From positions 44,392,001 through 44,456,000 of the forward strand of contig CM060732.1 of the NCBI GenBank assembly GCA_030704615.1: 64,000 nt of DNA, written 5' to 3'. The DNA comes from Takakia lepidozioides (taxonomy: Eukaryota; Plantae; Bryophyta). Of this stretch, positions 60,190 to 64,000 are shown one piece after another. Made by a program: the position numbers and the translations under genes. Within the stretch, counting starts at the first letter, position 1, and the number at the start of each line of letters is the position of its first letter. Below the pieces are notes generated by a model, which saw nothing but the letters and a program-made list of their open reading frames with translations, did not search any database and was not told where the DNA came from.

Positions 60190-62418
60190 ATGGCAGGGTC
60201 GAATCAGGCCCTGTTTGTAGGACATCATGCTTGGGCCAAGGATAGCACCCCCGTCATGACCATTGGTGTTGAGAAAAAAGCCAGAGAGGGAGTCAATAAG
60301 AACTTTTCTGGCTTCTGTGCAGATGTGGGAACACCATATAAAGCAGGACGGCTGAAAGAGGTGCTGCTCACTTGGAATCAACAGGGAGACTTCAATACTT
60401 ACATCTGTGTCTTGCAGGAGTGCATCAACCTAAGAGATCTAGCAGGAGGAAAGCTGGTGCACAGCCACATTATCCAAAGTGGGTTCAGGCCAAATCTCTC
60501 TCTACTCAATGGCCTTGTCAACATGTATGCCAAGTGCGGGAGTGTGGGGGATGCTCGTGAAGTGTTTGACAAAATTTGTGAACGGGATCTGTGTACCTGG
60601 AATACGATGATATCAGGATATGCCAAGCAAGGGTACGGTGGTGAGGCTTTCAATATCTATGAGCAAATGCAACGTGAAGGGGTGATGCCCAACAAGGTCA
60701 CATTCATTTGTGTTCTCAATGCATGTGCCACGCTGGGAAGCCTGGAGAAGGGGAAAGAGGTGCATGCTGACATCATGAGAGCTGGAATTCCGGCACATAT
60801 AAATTTGGAGAATACTCTTGCTGACATGTATGCCAAATGTGGGAGCATGAAGGATGCACAAGAGGTGTTCAACAGTATGGCTCAACGAAACGTGGTATCA
60901 TGGAGCACGATGATCTCAGGATACGCGCAGCATGGGTGTGTTAGAGAGGCTTTTGAAATCTATGAGCAAATGCAACGGGCAGGGGTGACGCCCAACAGGG
61001 TCACGTTCACATGCATTCTCAATGCTTGTGTCGTAGGAGCCCTGGAAAAGGGCAAAGGGGTCCATGCGGACATCAGCAAAGCTGGTATTACCCCGGATCT
61101 TATTCTGCAGACTGCACTTGTCGACATGTATGCAAAATGTGGGAATATGTTGGATGCGTATCAAGTGTTTGACAATATGGCTCAACGAAATGTGGTCTCC
61201 TGGACCACAATGATCTCAGGATATGCCAAACAAGGCTGGGGTAGGGAGGCTTTCAAGATGTATGAGCAAATGCAACATGAAGCAGTGATGCCCAACAGGG
61301 TCACATTCATTTGCGTTCTCAATGCGTGTGCCAGCCTAGGAGCTCTGGAAAAGGGCAAAGAGGTGCATGCTGACATCATCAAAGCTCGAATTAGGCTAGA
61401 TGTCAGTCTGGAGACTGCTCTTGCTGACATGTATGCGAAGTGCGGGAGCATGCAAGATGCACGTCAAGTGTTCGAGAACATGGCTAACCGAAATGTGGTG
61501 TCATGGAGTGCGATGATCGCAGGTTACGCTCAACATGGGTGTGGTAGGGAGGCCTTCCTACTATTTGAGCGAATGCAAGAGGAAGGCCTTAAACCAGATG
61601 GTCTGACCTTCACATCTCTTCTTTCTGCATGTAGCCATGGGGGCCTAGTGGATGAAGGCCATCATTACTTTGATTCCATGCGTCAAGATCATGGCCTCAT
61701 TCCTACAGCCGAGCATTTTGGCTGCATGGTGGACCTTCTTGGCCGGGCAGGTCGAGTGGATGAGGCAGAGGACTTCATTAACAACATGCCAAATAAGCCA
61801 GGTGCTGCTGTGTGGATGGCCTTGCTTAGTGCTTGTAGAATTTGTGGTGACGTGGAGCTAGCACAACGTGTGGCAAAAACTATTATTAGTAGTGATCCAC
61901 AGGACGCAGCAGCATATGTGCTGCTATCAAACATCTATGCTGCAGCTGGCAGGTGGGAGGATGATGCAACGGTAAGAAAAATGATGAAGGATGCAGGTGT
62001 TAGAGAGGCACCTGGGTGGAGCTGCATTGAGGTGGGCAATATGATGCATACATTTGGTGTTGAAGACAAATTGCATCCACAACTTGAGGGAATCCATGCT
62101 GAGCTGAAGAGATTGTTGGGGCAGATGAAAGAGGCTGGATACTTGCCTGACACACGCTTTGGGTTGCATGAGGTGGAGGAGGAGCAAAAGGAATCTTCTC
62201 TTTTTGACCACAGTGAGAAGCTGGCCATTGCTTTTGGGCTCATCAGCACGCCCCCTGGGATGCCTATCCGCGTTATCAAGAACCTTCGGGTATGTGGTGA
62301 TTGCCACACCACCGCCAAGTTCATCTCTAAGATTGTTGGACGAGTAGTTAGTGTAAGGGATGCCAACCACTTTCACCACTTCCATGATGGGGTCTGTTCT
62401 TGTGGGGATTGTTGGTGA
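60190..62418 (+). CDS. PLS-E1-E2-DYW PPR protein ending DCW; true start possibly a short upstream exon from ATG 60012
   Basis: Intact 742-aa ORF, 14 PPR motifs, PG box EAPGWSCIEV, HSEKLA..CGDCH..DCW. Confidence 0.92.
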   Translation: MAGSNQALFVGHHAWAKDSTPVMTIGVEKKAREGVNKNFSGFCADVGTPYKAGRLKEVLLTWNQQGDFNTYICVLQECINLRDLAGGKLVHSHIIQSGFRPNLSLLNGLVNMYAKCGSVGDAREVFDKICERDLCTWNTMISGYAKQGYGGEAFNIYEQMQREGVMPNKVTFICVLNACATLGSLEKGKEVHADIMRAGIPAHINLENTLADMYAKCGSMKDAQEVFNSMAQRNVVSWSTMISGYAQHGCVREAFEIYEQMQRAGVTPNRVTFTCILNACVVGALEKGKGVHADISKAGITPDLILQTALVDMYAKCGNMLDAYQVFDNMAQRNVVSWTTMISGYAKQGWGREAFKMYEQMQHEAVMPNRVTFICVLNACASLGALEKGKEVHADIIKARIRLDVSLETALADMYAKCGSMQDARQVFENMANRNVVSWSAMIAGYAQHGCGREAFLLFERMQEEGLKPDGLTFTSLLSACSHGGLVDEGHHYFDSMRQDHGLIPTAEHFGCMVDLLGRAGRVDEAEDFINNMPNKPGAAVWMALLSACRICGDVELAQRVAKTIISSDPQDAAAYVLLSNIYAAAGRWEDDATVRKMMKDAGVREAPGWSCIEVGNMMHTFGVEDKLHPQLEGIHAELKRLLGQMKEAGYLPDTRFGLHEVEEEQKESSLFDHSEKLAIAFGLISTPPGMPIRVIKNLRVCGDCHTTAKFISKIVGRVVSVRDANHFHHFHDGVCSCGDCW

Positions 62419-62809
62419 AACGAGTACAAGCATGCAGCAAGTGCAGTGCTACAAAACGTGGCACGGAAAGGTCAAAACTCATAGTTTGACTGGAAAGTGA
62501 CGATAGTTTTCAAGTCGATACTTGCGTGACATAACTTGTCTCACCATCTGTGAGTGTCGGTACGCAGTTTCTGAGAGCTGTCCATGCTGATGATCACAAT
62601 CCAAGCAGCGGTAAGTCGCATACACCCTGATGGTGCATTTGTCGACCTGAATACAGTCCTTAAGTTACAGGGGTTGTGTTGCACCTACAGAAGTTTAACA
62701 AGGGATCCCAAGAAGATTGAGATACTGGGTGTACAGTGGATGCATCCGGATTGTTGCTGGCTGTGTGTCAACTACAGCATTAACAGGATGAGTGCCTGTC
62801 TGCATGAGA

Positions 62810-63696
62810 AGAGGATTCTTTGAAGTACCTTGGGGCTGTAAGTATTTGTCTCTAAGTTACTCATGCAGGATGGCAGGGTTGAATCAGGCAACAATTGGTT
62901 GTTGGACATCAGTCTGCCAATAGGTGTAGCACCACTGGAAGAGCCCTCAGGAACTAGGCCAGTCGGCAAAAACAAGGAACTGGGAAGGATCTCTTGGCTG
63001 ACATACATGCCCCTAGCTGAAAGCCCATGGCAGCCACCCCAGCTGCCTGACCTCTCTAAATTTAGCCTCATGGTTGCAGTTGTTGGCGTCCCATATGCAG
63101 GTAGTAGCTTGAGCTCTAAATCCTACAACTCTTTGGTTGTCCATTGACATGGAGGAAAATAACTACATTTGCTGTTGAACGATGGACGCATCCACATCGG
63201 CAGTCCATAAGAACAGTGAAATTTGAAACTTCGAATTAAAAATTGGCCCGTTAAATGAGTGAAAGGTACAGGAGTTTGGTCTCATGGGAAAGTCAACCAA
63301 GAAAATACATTAGCTAAACTTCAACTGCCTGAGAGCTGAGAAATGGCCCAAATGGACATGATCTATTCGCCTAGATCAAGATGTCCGGCATGACTTCAGG
63401 TGCAAGCCTGTGAGCCAGTGCTTTGAAATCATGCATGTTTTGCGGGGCTTGTGGAGATCAGTGACGAGCAGGTAGGTGTTAATTGTAGGTTCTATCACAA
63501 GACTCAGTTTCAGTAAATGCATATGTGATGCTTGGCTGTTAGAGATATCTGACATATGTTTAGTTGTTACGCAGGAAAGAAAATCTCTTCTATCGGTATA
63601 GCTGCTGCTGACAAAAAGGACTTTGACTGGTTTGCTAGGGAAGACTGCCGTGGCAAAGCAGCTGGAAGTTGAGTTTGGCGCTGTTCTCATTGAACT
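62810..63696 (-). pseudogene. Exon-like remnants of an unknown gene (a Q-rich exon and an exon homologous to the PPR2 leader region)
   Basis: AG/GT-bounded frames (AEQESYQQQQKQQPRPEP..; ..LMSNNQLLPDSTLPSC..) with internal stops; coding strand uncertain. Confidence 0.35.
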
Positions 63697-64000
63697 TGAG
63701 CTGGTTCTGGCCTCGGCTGTTGCTTTTGCTGCTGCTGGTATGATTCCTGCTCAGCCTTGATAGGGTTAGAATGATCATAAAATTAAGGTTCCTAACATCT
63801 TTTGAGATGAAACTGACAGCTCCATGCTTTCGAAACATGCGCTCTACTTGATGGGATAGGGGAAAGCCCCTCATTCCATGCTAATTAGCAGCGTCCTACA
63901 GATGGCCCAGTGGTTAGGGCACAAGTGTGTGTTGGATGTCACCCATTATGGCCAACTAAAAGGGGGGTAACTGGTTCAACCGGTTACTTCATGTGTGGGT

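Noticed and set aside
57252-62418. U-to-C (DYW:KP) editing factors
   Set aside because: Both have PG-type boxes, HSE and D(Y/C)W ends, typical of C-to-U DYW domains

Overview
Eukaryotic land-plant nuclear DNA, most consistent with a bryophyte-grade plant (inferred from PPR motif style and TE types; species not determinable). Host genes: a TPR-like gene running off the left edge, mitochondrial ribosomal protein mL46 (6 exons), NEDD8/RUB E1 catalytic subunit ECR1/UBA3 (9 exons), two head-to-head PLS-DYW RNA-editing PPR genes, and a two-exon glycolate oxidase remnant. Between them are layered transposons: two Ty3/gypsy fragments fused back-to-back (one split by a CACTA MITE and by an insert carrying a PPR fragment), two L1-like LINEs plus orphan poly(A) tails, a pogo/Fot1-type DDE transposase, a Tourist MITE, and a hAT shell containing a 12.5-kb Mutator-like element. 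The MULE is the standout. It has ~370-bp TIRs, a 9-bp TSD, a SWIM/MULE transposase and a convergent Zn-finger/Ulp1-like gene, and its TIRs, introns and intergenic region are dense in one short motif (GGTCTG/CAGACC) amplified as tandem arrays. This layout resembles the VANDAL/VANC sequence-specific anti-silencing systems; that link is a hypothesis. All homologies were judged by eye from recalled family motifs; no searches were run.
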